DNA from: an uncultured Myxococcales bacterium
Lineage (GTDB): Bacteria; Myxococcota; UBA4151
Assembly (NCBI GenBank): GCA_964013405.1
Contig: CAXGWI010000011.1
Span: forward strand, 1 to 48,738
Reading direction: 5' to 3'
Length of the DNA: 48,738 bases
This document shows, one piece after another, positions 38,707 to 48,165 of the stretch. The first letter of the stretch is position 1; each line of letters starts with the position of its first letter. Both the position numbers and the translations under genes were made by a program. The notes beneath the pieces are model-generated. The model did no database searches. It had not been told where the DNA came from and saw only the letters and a program-made list of their open reading frames with translations.

Positions 38707-39941
38707 GGGAACAAGGCGCGCCACTGGGCCTCTGGCGGCCGAGCGTCGCCGGGCCCGTCTAGAGCCTGAAAGGCCACAGCATCGCCGTCGCTCAAGGAGG
38801 GCGTTCCAGCCGGGATCATAATGAGGCCATCGACGCCAGCGAGGCTGCTAAGCATGCCAGAACCCTGCTTTAAAAAGGGGGCGACTCGGCCATTGCCCTG
38901 GCGCTTGGCCCGAAGAAAGCGGCAGCGTTTTTGTGGGCCGGAGATGGTGCCCGAGAGCCATTGTTTTTCGAGACGACGATGGGGGCGACCATCTCCCTGA
39001 AAGCGACGCAGGCAAGGGCGCACAAACTGCTCAAAAGCCACAGCACTAGAGGCTGGATTACCTGGTAGACAGAGCACGATGCAGCGCCCAAGCCGGGCTG
39101 CAGCCACCGGCTTGCCAGGCTTCATTTTAACGCGATAGAACTCCAAACCCTCTTCGGCCTCAGCCTGGAGGCAGGAGACCACATGATCATGGTCTCCCAC
39201 GCTGGCACCGCCGCAGAAGATCACGAGATCGCAGCACGCCTTTAGGCGCCGCAGGACTGCCCTCGTTTGCTCGGGGTCGTCAGGGACGATGAGGGACTCT
39301 TGCTGTCGCCCCCCAGCTTCTTGCGCTTGTCCCGCCACCATGAGGGAGTTGCTCTCATAGATTTGTCCGGGAGCCAGTTGCTGGCCCGGTGCGACCAATT
39401 CGTCACCGGTTGCGACGACCGCAAAGGAAGGGCGCTGGTGGACCGTAAGGTGGGTGATGCCCTGGCTTGCCAGCACAGCAAAGTCCATCGCTCGGATTTG
39501 CTGCCCGCTGTCAAAAAGAAGGTCGCCAACCCCGAAGTCCTCGGCTTGGCGGCGAATATGCGCCCCAACTCGAGGCTCGACTTGGGGGCGGCAGAACTCT
39601 TCGTCCCACTGGGCATCTTCTTGGATGAGAACGCTGTCCGCACCTTGGGGCAACACCCCGCCGGTAAAGATACGGACGGCATCCCCCGGCCCCACCAGAA
39701 GATCCCCAGGGTGACCGGCTGCGCTTTGTCCCAGTAAGCGTCGAGGCTGCAGGCCGTCCTCGGCCCGCAGTGCAAAGCCATCCATGGCTGAGTTGTCGGC
39801 CCGTGGGTGGTCGAGTTGGGCAAAGATAGGCCTGGCTAGAACTCGCCCTAGGCCTTGGCTAAGGGGGATCTCTTCGCTGGCTAGAGGCGCGACTTTATCG
39901 AGCAGGCGAGCCAGGGCTTCATCGATGGGCAAGAGGCTCAT
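38703..39941 (-). CDS. moeA: Molybdopterin molybdotransferase
   Basis: DNSAMDGFAL, RIFTGGVLPQGADSVLIQE, TGDELV, IYESNS, GGASVGDHD, MKPGKP, LPGNPASS. Confidence 0.96.
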   Translation of the reverse strand: MSLLPIDEALARLLDKVAPLASEEIPLSQGLGRVLARPIFAQLDHPRADNSAMDGFALRAEDGLQPRRLLGQSAAGHPGDLLVGPGDAVRIFTGGVLPQGADSVLIQEDAQWDEEFCRPQVEPRVGAHIRRQAEDFGVGDLLFDSGQQIRAMDFAVLASQGITHLTVHQRPSFAVVATGDELVAPGQQLAPGQIYESNSLMVAGQAQEAGGRQQESLIVPDDPEQTRAVLRRLKACCDLVIFCGGASVGDHDHVVSCLQAEAEEGLEFYRVKMKPGKPVAAARLGRCIVLCLPGNPASSAVAFEQFVRPCLRRFQGDGRPHRRLEKQWLSGTISGPQKRCRFLRAKRQGNGRVAPFLKQGSGMLSSLAGVDGLIMIPAGTPSLSDGDAVAFQALDGPGDARPPEAQWRALFP

Positions 39942-41098
39942 GGGGTTGTGGTGGGGATCACGAGGCGTCGGCCGATGCGCAGGACCGATCGAGGGCCTAG
40001 GTTATTGACTCGCATCAGGAGGCTGATCTTCACATTCCAGCGATTGGCGATACCCCCGAGCGTGTCGCCGGATTTGATGGTGTAATTGTGGACGTAGTGA
40101 TTTGCCTCTGGGGGGAGTTTGGCCAAAAGTTCAGCGCAGTCCGCTGCGGCCGAGTCGGGAATGGCGAGGGGGTGCGGTTGGCCAACCATATGGGCAGGCG
40201 GCGTGACCTTGCGATAGAGATTTGGGTTCAACTCAATCAATTGCCCCGCCTCGATGTGGCAGGTTTTTTCGATGGTCTCGAAGGCAAGGGGGCGTTCGAC
40301 GAGGACCTTGCGTATCACCACCGATTCCTTGGGCCGGGTGACCCGAAACCCGTAGCGCTCCGGTCGCGTGGCGATGGTCGCGGCCGCAAGAATTCGCGGG
40401 ACGTACTCCCGAGTTTCTCGGGGTAAGGCGCCGGTTTGAGCGATTTTCCAGAACTCGGTCTCACCGGTTTCTCGCATGGCTCGAGCGATTCGGCCGGGGC
40501 CGGCATTGTAAGCAGCCCAAGCCAAGTGCCAATCTTGAAAGCGGTCGTGGAGGCGAAGCAAGTATCGAGCAGCAGCCCGAGTGGCTTCTTCAGGATCGCC
40601 CCGGTCATCCACCCAGGCGGAGCGGTCGAGACCAAAAGCCCGGCCCGTTGCACCGATAAATTGCCACAAACCCTGGGCGCCGGCCCGGCTCCTGGCCTGG
40701 CCTCGAAAACCAGACTCGATCATGGCGAGGTAGACCAGGTCGAGGGGGGCGCCCTCTTGCTCTAGGCCCTGGCGAAGGCGGGGGATCAAGGCCCAGCCCC
40801 GGTCGAGCCATTTTTGAAAGTACTGACGCCCTGGTCCGGCATAGTGTCGGACGAAATGGGCCACCTCTTCGTTCATGGCCCAGGGAATATCCAGGGCCGG
40901 CGGCAGACCAGCCTGACGACTGGACAGGGAAAAGAGGGCTGAAGATTGGGGCCCCTGGCGCCGATGGGAATGGCGGCGCTGAAGCCCTGGTTTGCCCTGG
41001 GTCGACCGGTCCCGTCCTAGCCACTTGTCCGGTCGAAGATCCGGTCCTGGGTGCAGTGAGGTTGCCGTTAGGCTGGAAAACAAAAGCAAAGCAGACAC
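39938..41098 (-). CDS. MltD-like lytic transglycosylase with one C-terminal LysM domain
   Basis: LAMIESGF (catalytic Glu), AQGLWQF, AAYNAGPG, LPRETREYVPR; LysM YTIKSGDTLGGIA. Probable GTG start at 41098 overlapping the upstream stop. Confidence 0.88.
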   Translation of the reverse strand: MSALLLFSSLTATSLHPGPDLRPDKWLGRDRSTQGKPGLQRRHSHRRQGPQSSALFSLSSRQAGLPPALDIPWAMNEEVAHFVRHYAGPGRQYFQKWLDRGWALIPRLRQGLEQEGAPLDLVYLAMIESGFRGQARSRAGAQGLWQFIGATGRAFGLDRSAWVDDRGDPEEATRAAARYLLRLHDRFQDWHLAWAAYNAGPGRIARAMRETGETEFWKIAQTGALPRETREYVPRILAAATIATRPERYGFRVTRPKESVVIRKVLVERPLAFETIEKTCHIEAGQLIELNPNLYRKVTPPAHMVGQPHPLAIPDSAAADCAELLAKLPPEANHYVHNYTIKSGDTLGGIANRWNVKISLLMRVNNLGPRSVLRIGRRLVIPTTTP

Positions 41099-42588
41099 TA
41101 GGGTTCTCCGGGGGCAGCGTTGGCGCCATGACCAGGCCCAAGGATTCTGGCCAGTCGGTCGTCGAGATGGAAGGCTTTCGTATGGGGCGGGTGATGACAG
41201 GAGGTGCAACCGGCCAGACCCCGGTCCCGTTCGATCTGTGCTTTGTCCCCCGTTTGGGCATGGCGGGAACCCGGTCCGTGGCAGGCCTCACAACCGACGT
41301 TCAAGCGGTCGCCGGCCTCGGTGACCTTGCAGAAGCCTTGGGCGTCACCAAAGCCCGCACTGTGGCAACTCACACAGGCATAGTCATAATCCCGTCCGGC
41401 ATCTTCCAGGGTCTTCCATGCCTTGCTGTGGGGCGTTTGTTGCCAGAGTTCATAGGCGGCCTGATGACAGGTTTTGCAGGTCTTCGAGCCAACGTATTGG
41501 GCCTTCGTCTTGTCCGGCTCTGGGCATTGTCGTTGGCTTTCCGCCTGCCGGTTGAGGTCACCGACTTCGCGATGGTGCTCGGCGACGGCCCTTGCCGTGG
41601 CTGGGTCATCGGCCACCTGGCTGTCCAGGACGAGGGGGTGGTACAAAACAAAGTTTCCCGTCTTCGGAAGCGCGGGAAGCGGTTCGTTAACCTTATCGGC
41701 TCGGGCTCGCCGGGCCGCGACCAACTGTCGGTCCCGGGCCGCGATGGCCTGGGGGCTGGCCTGGCGAACACGGAGGCGGTCTCTCGCCTCTCGAATGGCC
41801 TCGATGCGCTGGTCGAGTCGGGCCAGTTCTTGTTTGCGCTTGCTGGCCCCCGGCAGTTCTCGCAACGGCCCGTCGCCGCGCAGGTGTAATTCCAGCCGGG
41901 CCAGGTTTTGACCCCGCTCGCCGCTCCGCAAGAGAAAGATCCCATCGGCCAAAGAGGTCCAAAGGGCCTGCTCACCACTTTGGCCACCGACAAGGACCAG
42001 GCCGATGCCAGCGGCTTGGAGGGATTCGATATCTCCTCGCAGCGCATCCAGTGACCGCTCGCTGACGAGGACTTTTAGGGGGCTCTTTGGCAGCGAACTT
42101 TGTACGGGCTCCCGGACGATGAGCAGGCCGCCTTTGAGGCTGTGATACGCGCCGGGGGCTAGGTCCGGGCTGCCGCCGATCAGGCCGGGCTGAAGGTCCT
42201 TGGGCAGGGCCCGATCCGCCGGACCCGGAAGGGCCAGACTCAAGCCGAGGGTGGGTAGCGTGCGATTAAGAAAGGCCCGCTTGAGCTTAAATTGGGCTTC
42301 TGCCTGGGGTGAGGGCGCATGTCCTTCGCTCAGGAGGTTGCCGTGTAGAAGAAAGTGTTTGGGGCCTTGGCCTGAAACAGATTTGAGGGCTGTGCTCAGA
42401 CGTGCGAGGCCACCGAGAGGCTCAAGATTGCAACCGCAGGGTTCCACTTCACCTTTGAGGTCGGAGCTGACCAGCAACTCGACGGCATGGTCGCTTTGAT
42501 TCGGGGGCGCAACCGGGCTTTGCCGGCTGCAGGCGGCCAGCGCGACGACGATCAGGAGGAGGCTTTCCCCTTTTCGAACAACCCTCAC
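41098..42588 (-). CDS. Lipoprotein: degenerate UshA/5'-nucleotidase-like N-domain with CGC motif, fused to tetraheme c554-like cytochrome
   Basis: Lipobox LAAC after GTG 42588; SSDLKGEVEPCGC...GGLARL; four CxxCH (CKTCH, CVSCH, CEACHGPG, CTSCH). Confidence 0.8.
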   Translation of the reverse strand: MRVVRKGESLLLIVVALAACSRQSPVAPPNQSDHAVELLVSSDLKGEVEPCGCNLEPLGGLARLSTALKSVSGQGPKHFLLHGNLLSEGHAPSPQAEAQFKLKRAFLNRTLPTLGLSLALPGPADRALPKDLQPGLIGGSPDLAPGAYHSLKGGLLIVREPVQSSLPKSPLKVLVSERSLDALRGDIESLQAAGIGLVLVGGQSGEQALWTSLADGIFLLRSGERGQNLARLELHLRGDGPLRELPGASKRKQELARLDQRIEAIREARDRLRVRQASPQAIAARDRQLVAARRARADKVNEPLPALPKTGNFVLYHPLVLDSQVADDPATARAVAEHHREVGDLNRQAESQRQCPEPDKTKAQYVGSKTCKTCHQAAYELWQQTPHSKAWKTLEDAGRDYDYACVSCHSAGFGDAQGFCKVTEAGDRLNVGCEACHGPGSRHAQTGDKAQIERDRGLAGCTSCHHPPHTKAFHLDDRLARILGPGHGANAAPGEP

Positions 42589-42626
42589 TTCAGTACCCCG
42601 CGTTTCCAAGTCCACCGTTTGCTGCC

Positions 42627-43226
42627 ATGTCACCACTCTCTCCAAGCCCTATCGTCGACCTCATCTATTTATTCGGCGCTTTTCTTGTCGGTAGCATTCC
42701 TTTTGGCCTCATCTTGGCAAAGCGCTACTTGAATCTTGATCTCAGAGACTTGGGCTCTGGCAATATTGGTGCCACCAATGCCTATCGAGCCGGTGGACGA
42801 GCCTTCGGGGCGCTCGTTTTGGTCTTGGATTTACTCAAAGGCCTGGCGCCCCCATTGCTGATGATTCTTGCGGGTGCTTCTCCGGATCATCCACTGACAT
42901 TGGCGGTTGGCGGTATGGCGGTCTTAGGACATTGCTGCTCTCCTTGGCTGGGCTTTCAGGGAGGCAAGGGGGTGGCGACGACACTGGGGGTCATGGTGGC
43001 CCTGGCCCCGAGTCTGGCCGCAGGCGGTCTCCTTCTCTACGTCGTGGTTGTGTTCTTGTTTCGTGTCAGCGGCCTAGGGTCCCTGATAGCGATTGGCGCG
43101 ATGGCTATCCTCTCGTGGTGGAGCCACGGTGTGGCCATGGGTGTGACCCTTGGCGCAATCTACGCCCTTGTCGTTTGGCGCCACCGGAGCAATATTCAGG
43201 CGCTCGTGGCAGAAAACCCGGAGTAG
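42627..43226 (+). CDS. plsY: Glycerol-3-phosphate acyltransferase PlsY
   Basis: LVGSIPFG, GSGNIGATNAYR, DLLKG, GGKGVATTLG, RHRSNI; multiple TM helices. Confidence 0.96.
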   Translation: MSPLSPSPIVDLIYLFGAFLVGSIPFGLILAKRYLNLDLRDLGSGNIGATNAYRAGGRAFGALVLVLDLLKGLAPPLLMILAGASPDHPLTLAVGGMAVLGHCCSPWLGFQGGKGVATTLGVMVALAPSLAAGGLLLYVVVVFLFRVSGLGSLIAIGAMAILSWWSHGVAMGVTLGAIYALVVWRHRSNIQALVAENPE

Positions 43227-43232
43227 CAAAGC

Positions 43233-44171
43233 TTGGCAGAGAACGACGAAAATAGCTTTGAGCAGACCATTGTAGTCGATCGAACCAGCCTGGATATGGA
43301 TGTACTGGGTCGACCGGAGGGGGCTGAGATTGCGGTCCTCACGATCCTGACAGGCAACCGCCGGGGTGTGAGCTTTGAATTGCGGGGCGAGTGTATCGGC
43401 GTTGGCCGCGGTGACCGTTGCCAAATTCGACTCGATGACGATGGCATCTCTCGCAACCATGCCCAGATCAAGCGGGCCCAAGGGGAGGAAGACTACCTCC
43501 TAGAGGACCTCGGCAGCACCAATGGGACCTACCTCAATGGTCTCAAGGTCAAAGAGGGGACCCTAACCCACGGTGATCGGGTGGCTTTTGGCACGGATAC
43601 GGTCGCAAAGTTTGAATTCCAGGACCTGCAAGAGGCCAAACTCCGGGCCGAGATCTACCAGCGGGCCACGAGAGACCCGCTTACCGGCCTGTTGAATCGA
43701 AGGGTTTTCTTCGAACGCCTGCGTGAGGAGTTCTCCTTCGCTCGTCGCCACGGTACGCCCTTGTCCTTGTTGATGTTCGATGTGGATCATTTCAAGTCTG
43801 TGAACGATACCCACGGCCATGCGGTGGGTGACGAGGTCCTGCGGAGCATGGGTGCGCTCTTATTGGAGCTCTGCCGGGATGAAGATGTGGTCTGTCGTTA
43901 CGGCGGTGAGGAGTTTGCGCTCGTCGCTCGGGGCCTCGATGTGGGTAATGCGGTGGCCTTCGCTGAGCGTATTCGTCGATCCGTCGAGGGGATGGTGACG
44001 CCGCTACCCCGGGGCCAGGAACTCCGGGTGACTGTGAGTATCGGTGTGGCATCCACCGGCGGACTCTCCCACAACAAGCCCGAAGAGTTCCTCGCTGATG
44101 CCGACCATTTGCTCTATCGAGCCAAAGAGCAGGGCCGGAACCGAGTGGAGTCGGAGAACACCATCGCCTAG
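43233..44171 (+). CDS. FHA-domain diguanylate cyclase
   Basis: FHA motifs VGRG, ISRNHA, DLGSTNGTYLNG; cyclase DPLTGLLNRR, DVDHFKSVND, RDED I-site, RYGGEEF. Confidence 0.93.
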   Translation: MAENDENSFEQTIVVDRTSLDMDVLGRPEGAEIAVLTILTGNRRGVSFELRGECIGVGRGDRCQIRLDDDGISRNHAQIKRAQGEEDYLLEDLGSTNGTYLNGLKVKEGTLTHGDRVAFGTDTVAKFEFQDLQEAKLRAEIYQRATRDPLTGLLNRRVFFERLREEFSFARRHGTPLSLLMFDVDHFKSVNDTHGHAVGDEVLRSMGALLLELCRDEDVVCRYGGEEFALVARGLDVGNAVAFAERIRRSVEGMVTPLPRGQELRVTVSIGVASTGGLSHNKPEEFLADADHLLYRAKEQGRNRVESENTIA

Positions 44172-44289
44172 GCTGTTGTTCGCAGAGGCGCTCCTGTTTC
44201 GAAAGTCACCAAGATCTGTGGGGTTTAACGGCGGCCCTTGCTTGTGGTCCCCGCTCGTGTTTAGCACGGGGATCCCGGGTTGAAATTCC

Positions 44290-47200
44290 ATGAGCTTTGC
44301 CCATCTGCATCTGCACAGTGGCTACAGTTTTCTCGACGGCGCGATTCGTATGGATCGACTGTGTCAGGTGGTCCAGCAGCGGGGCATGAACGCGGTGGCC
44401 GTGACCGACCATGGCAATATGCACGGGGCCTTGGATTTTTACGTGCGGGCCCAGCAGGCCGGGATCAAGCCGATTATGGGCATCGAGGCCTACACCCTTG
44501 GCCCCAACAAGAAAGCGACAGACCGGAACCGAGACGACCTGTTTCATATGGTTCTTCTCGCGGAAAATCAGACAGGGTGGCGGAACCTGAAAAAGCTGGT
44601 TTCTCGCAGCTATTCTGAGGGCTTCTATTATCGGCCGCGCATGGATTGGAAGATGCTCGAGGAGCATCACGAAGGGCTGATTGCGACGACCGCGTGTCTT
44701 GGCGGGCCGACCAGTCGAACCTATCACGGCTGGCTCGGTCCGAGGGCCAAACGAGAAGGCAAGGCCGATGCTCGCGATGTGGATGGGGCGCTCCGGGTGG
44801 CCAAGGGGCTCCAGTCGATTTTCGGCTACGACAATTTCTTCCTCGAGTTGCAGGACAACCACCTTGAGGAACAGTACCCCTACAACGAGATGCTGCTAGA
44901 GATCGGCCACGGCAACGGCATTCGCATGGTGGGTACCAACGACTGCCATTACGTCGACCCCAATGAGGCCGAGGCCCACGGTGTGCTGATGGCGATCCAG
45001 CGTCGGCAGACGGTGGATGAGTACGGTGGGCACAATACCGACCAACTCTACATCAAAGATGAGGATGCGATGCGTGCGGGCTATTTTCAGCAGCACCAGC
45101 ATTGCATCGACGCAGCCTGTGAGATTGCCGACCGCTGCAATGTCACGGTGGACATCGGTGATATCCATTTGCCCGACTTTCCCTGCGAGGATGGTCGGGA
45201 TGAGGCCCAGGAGCTTCGGCGCTTAAGCTCGGAAGGGCTCGATCGGCGATTCAAAGAGCTCGACGCCTCTCTAGACGAAGATGAATATAAGGCTCGTTTG
45301 AAGCATGAACTCGATATCATCGAGGACATGGGCTTTCCCGGCTACTTCCTCATCGTTCAGGACTTTATCAATTGGGCGAAAAGCCGGGAGATCCGTGTGG
45401 GGCCTGGGCGGGGCAGCGGGGCCGGTAGCTTGGTGGCCTGGAGTCTTCGGATCACCGACTTGGACCCGATGCCGTACGACCTCCTTTTTGAGCGCTTTCT
45501 CAATCCCGAGCGGGTCAGCATGCCGGACTTCGATGTGGACTTCTGCCAGGAGCGGCGGGGTGAGGTGATCGAGTACGTGGCCAACCGTTATGGGCAGGAG
45601 CGCGTCGGTCAGATCGCGACCTTCGCCCGCTTGGGTGGTAAATCGGTCATCAAGGACGTGGCTCGAACCATGGGCCTTCCGTTTCAGCGCATCAATGAGA
45701 TGACGCGTCATATCCCCGCCTTCCATGAGGGCAAGCCAGTGACCCTGACTCCGACCTTCAAGGGGCCCGGCGTGGAAGTCCGTGATGGTTGTCTCGTCGG
45801 AGATCCCCAAAAGGTTGGTGAGGCCCGGCGAAGTTGGGGGCTCTTTGAGGTCAGCGATAAGCTGGTCCAACTCCGGGATACCGACGCTGTCTTTCGCAAG
45901 GCCTTCTCCATCGCGACCCAGCTTGAAGGGCTCTACCGCCAAGCGGGAACCCATGCAGGCGGCGTCGTGATCGGCAAGGAGCCCCTCTACGAATACAGCC
46001 CAACCTTCGCCGGCGGGGAAGGGAGCGCAACCCAGTTCAATATGGATGGGGTTGAGAAGGTCGGTCTGGTGAAGTTCGACTTTCTTGGCCTGAAGAATCT
46101 CGACATCGTCTCCTATGCCCAGGAATTGGTGAACGAGCAGATCGCCCGTGCCAATGGGGGGCAGGCTAGCGATCGGGCTCATCTCATCGCTAATTTCCAG
46201 CACCTCAAAGGCTGCGCTCCGGAGTCGGTACTACCCACCCTCGATGTCGACCTGCTGAGCCTTGATGACCCCAAGGTCTTCCAGTTGATTAGTCGGGGGG
46301 ATACCAACGGCATTTTTCAGCTCGAATCCGATGGCATGAAGAGCATGTTGCGGGAGTTGAAGCCGGACTGTTTTGAAGACGTCGTGGCCGCGGTTGCCCT
46401 CTATCGCCCGGGACCGATGGATCAGATCCCTGACTATGTGGCCCGCAAGCATGGTCGCCTTGAGATCGAATACCCCCACCCAGCCCTTGAGGAGATCCTG
46501 CGACCCACCTACGGCCACATGGTCTATCAAGAGCAGGTCATGCAGGCAGCCCAGATTCTCGCCGGTTACAGCCTCGGCCAAGCGGATTTATTGCGCCGGG
46601 CCATGGGCAAGAAGAAGCGGGAAGTCATGGAAGAGGAGCGGGTTCGCTTCGCCCAGGGTGCGGAGCAACTCCATGGCCTGAAGAAGCAAGCGGCGGACCG
46701 GATCTTCGACCTCATCGAGAAGTTCGCTGGCTATGGCTTCAATAAATCCCACGCTGCGGCCTACGCCAAGATCACGTACCAGACAGCCTATTTGAAGGCC
46801 TTCCATCCCCTGGCTTTCTACGCGGCCCAAGTCACCGTTCACGGGGCGAGCACGCCGACTGTGGCCAAGTATCTCCGGGAAGCCCGCTCCCAAGGTATCC
46901 GAATTCTCGCCCCTTGTGTGAATCGGAGTGCCCTTCGCTTTCGGCCTGAAGGCGAGGACAGTATTCGCTTCGGTTTGTCGGCCATCAAAGGCCTCGGCGA
47001 AGCAGCGCTCACCGAACTGCTTCGGGCTCGAGAAGCCGGCCAGCCATTTCAGGGTTTGATCGATTTGGCGAAGCGTTGCGAGCCGCGGAAGTTCCCCCGT
47101 AAAGCCATGGCCCTGTTGGTCGATGCAGGAGCTATGGACTGCTTCGAAGAGCCTCGCCGTCGCCTGTTGGCCAGTGTGGAGACGGTATTTCGCCTGGCCG

Positions 47201-48045
47201 CGCGCACCCACCGGGATCGAGCGGCCGGCCAGATGACCCTCTTTGGCGGCAGCGGTATGACCGATACGGCCGCAGACGATGACCGAGCCGGTCTTGATGA
47301 TACCGTAGGGCGCTTTTCCCAGCGTCAGCGATTGGGTCGGGAGTTCGATGCCCTTGGTCTCTTCCTTTCGGGGCACCCCACAGCGATGTATCGCAGAGCG
47401 CTGCGGCGTCTGACCTCCTGTGGAGCGGGGGAGCTAGCCAGTCTTTGGGACCCCCGCGCTCGCTACGGGGCCAACGCATCCCGTGAGGTTCGGGTGGGCG
47501 GCATCGTTGTCCATACCGAGTTCAAAAACGTGGTCAGCTACAGCAACATGAAGGGTGCCAAGGATGACACGGTGATTCCGCGGCGGGCCTTTCTGACCCT
47601 GCAGGATGTGACCGGGCAATGTGAGGCGAAGATTCAGCCAGAACTACTGGCTGAGGTGGAGGAGTTGCTCACTTGCGGTGAGCCTTTGATCCTGACGGGG
47701 ACTCTGTCTGCCCGTCGGCAGCGAGGCGACGATGGGGACGCCCAGCTGGAAGTGAGCCTGCAGGTGCGTCGCGTCGAGCGAGCCCTCGCAGGCTTCCAGC
47801 AGGGGGAAGTGCGCTGTCGGGTTCATCTCGATGCAGAAAAATCCCGCCCAGATCTCTTGGGTCAACTTCAGCAGTGCGTCAGCGCCCACCAAGGAACGAT
47901 GCCGCTCGAGTTTATGGTTCATCGTGGGGGGCAGTCGGTGCTCGCACGCAGCGACCGGGGTCATCGTGTGAGCCCGAGCCTGGAATTTATGGATGCCCTC
48001 GATGAAGTGCTTGGGGCGACCGGGGCGAAGGCCGAGTTCATTTAG
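44290..48045 (+). CDS. dnaE: DNA polymerase III alpha subunit (DnaE1 type)
   Basis: PHP HLHLHSGYSFLDG/TDHGN/TNDCHY; GRGSGAGSLV; PDFDVDF; KFDFLGL; YGFNKSH; clamp motif QMTLF; OB and C-terminal domains. Confidence 0.98.
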   Translation: MSFAHLHLHSGYSFLDGAIRMDRLCQVVQQRGMNAVAVTDHGNMHGALDFYVRAQQAGIKPIMGIEAYTLGPNKKATDRNRDDLFHMVLLAENQTGWRNLKKLVSRSYSEGFYYRPRMDWKMLEEHHEGLIATTACLGGPTSRTYHGWLGPRAKREGKADARDVDGALRVAKGLQSIFGYDNFFLELQDNHLEEQYPYNEMLLEIGHGNGIRMVGTNDCHYVDPNEAEAHGVLMAIQRRQTVDEYGGHNTDQLYIKDEDAMRAGYFQQHQHCIDAACEIADRCNVTVDIGDIHLPDFPCEDGRDEAQELRRLSSEGLDRRFKELDASLDEDEYKARLKHELDIIEDMGFPGYFLIVQDFINWAKSREIRVGPGRGSGAGSLVAWSLRITDLDPMPYDLLFERFLNPERVSMPDFDVDFCQERRGEVIEYVANRYGQERVGQIATFARLGGKSVIKDVARTMGLPFQRINEMTRHIPAFHEGKPVTLTPTFKGPGVEVRDGCLVGDPQKVGEARRSWGLFEVSDKLVQLRDTDAVFRKAFSIATQLEGLYRQAGTHAGGVVIGKEPLYEYSPTFAGGEGSATQFNMDGVEKVGLVKFDFLGLKNLDIVSYAQELVNEQIARANGGQASDRAHLIANFQHLKGCAPESVLPTLDVDLLSLDDPKVFQLISRGDTNGIFQLESDGMKSMLRELKPDCFEDVVAAVALYRPGPMDQIPDYVARKHGRLEIEYPHPALEEILRPTYGHMVYQEQVMQAAQILAGYSLGQADLLRRAMGKKKREVMEEERVRFAQGAEQLHGLKKQAADRIFDLIEKFAGYGFNKSHAAAYAKITYQTAYLKAFHPLAFYAAQVTVHGASTPTVAKYLREARSQGIRILAPCVNRSALRFRPEGEDSIRFGLSAIKGLGEAALTELLRAREAGQPFQGLIDLAKRCEPRKFPRKAMALLVDAGAMDCFEEPRRRLLASVETVFRLAARTHRDRAAGQMTLFGGSGMTDTAADDDRAGLDDTVGRFSQRQRLGREFDALGLFLSGHPTAMYRRALRRLTSCGAGELASLWDPRARYGANASREVRVGGIVVHTEFKNVVSYSNMKGAKDDTVIPRRAFLTLQDVTGQCEAKIQPELLAEVEELLTCGEPLILTGTLSARRQRGDDGDAQLEVSLQVRRVERALAGFQQGEVRCRVHLDAEKSRPDLLGQLQQCVSAHQGTMPLEFMVHRGGQSVLARSDRGHRVSPSLEFMDALDEVLGATGAKAEFI

Positions 48046-48165
48046 GCTGCCCTTTTCGACCCGGCCTCCCTCCTGCGGATTTGAGACATCGGTCACCCAT
48101 CCGATGGGGCCTGGTGGCGGCCTGTGTCTGGCAGTGTTAGGGTGCGACATGGAGGCCTGTCGGTG

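Noticed and set aside
41056..41889. 277-aa plus-strand ORF over the cytochrome gene
   Set aside because: Antisense shadow of a motif-rich gene with no features of its own.
42430..42438. Selenocysteine recoding at the CGC motif
   Set aside because: Both codons are TGC; no in-frame TGA.
44261..44287. TTAGCAC CIRCE half-site before dnaE
   Set aside because: The second half GAGTGCTAA is absent.
45730..46250. Intein in dnaE
   Set aside because: Inserts are about 30 aa and lack N-terminal Cys/Ser and C-terminal His-Asn splicing motifs.
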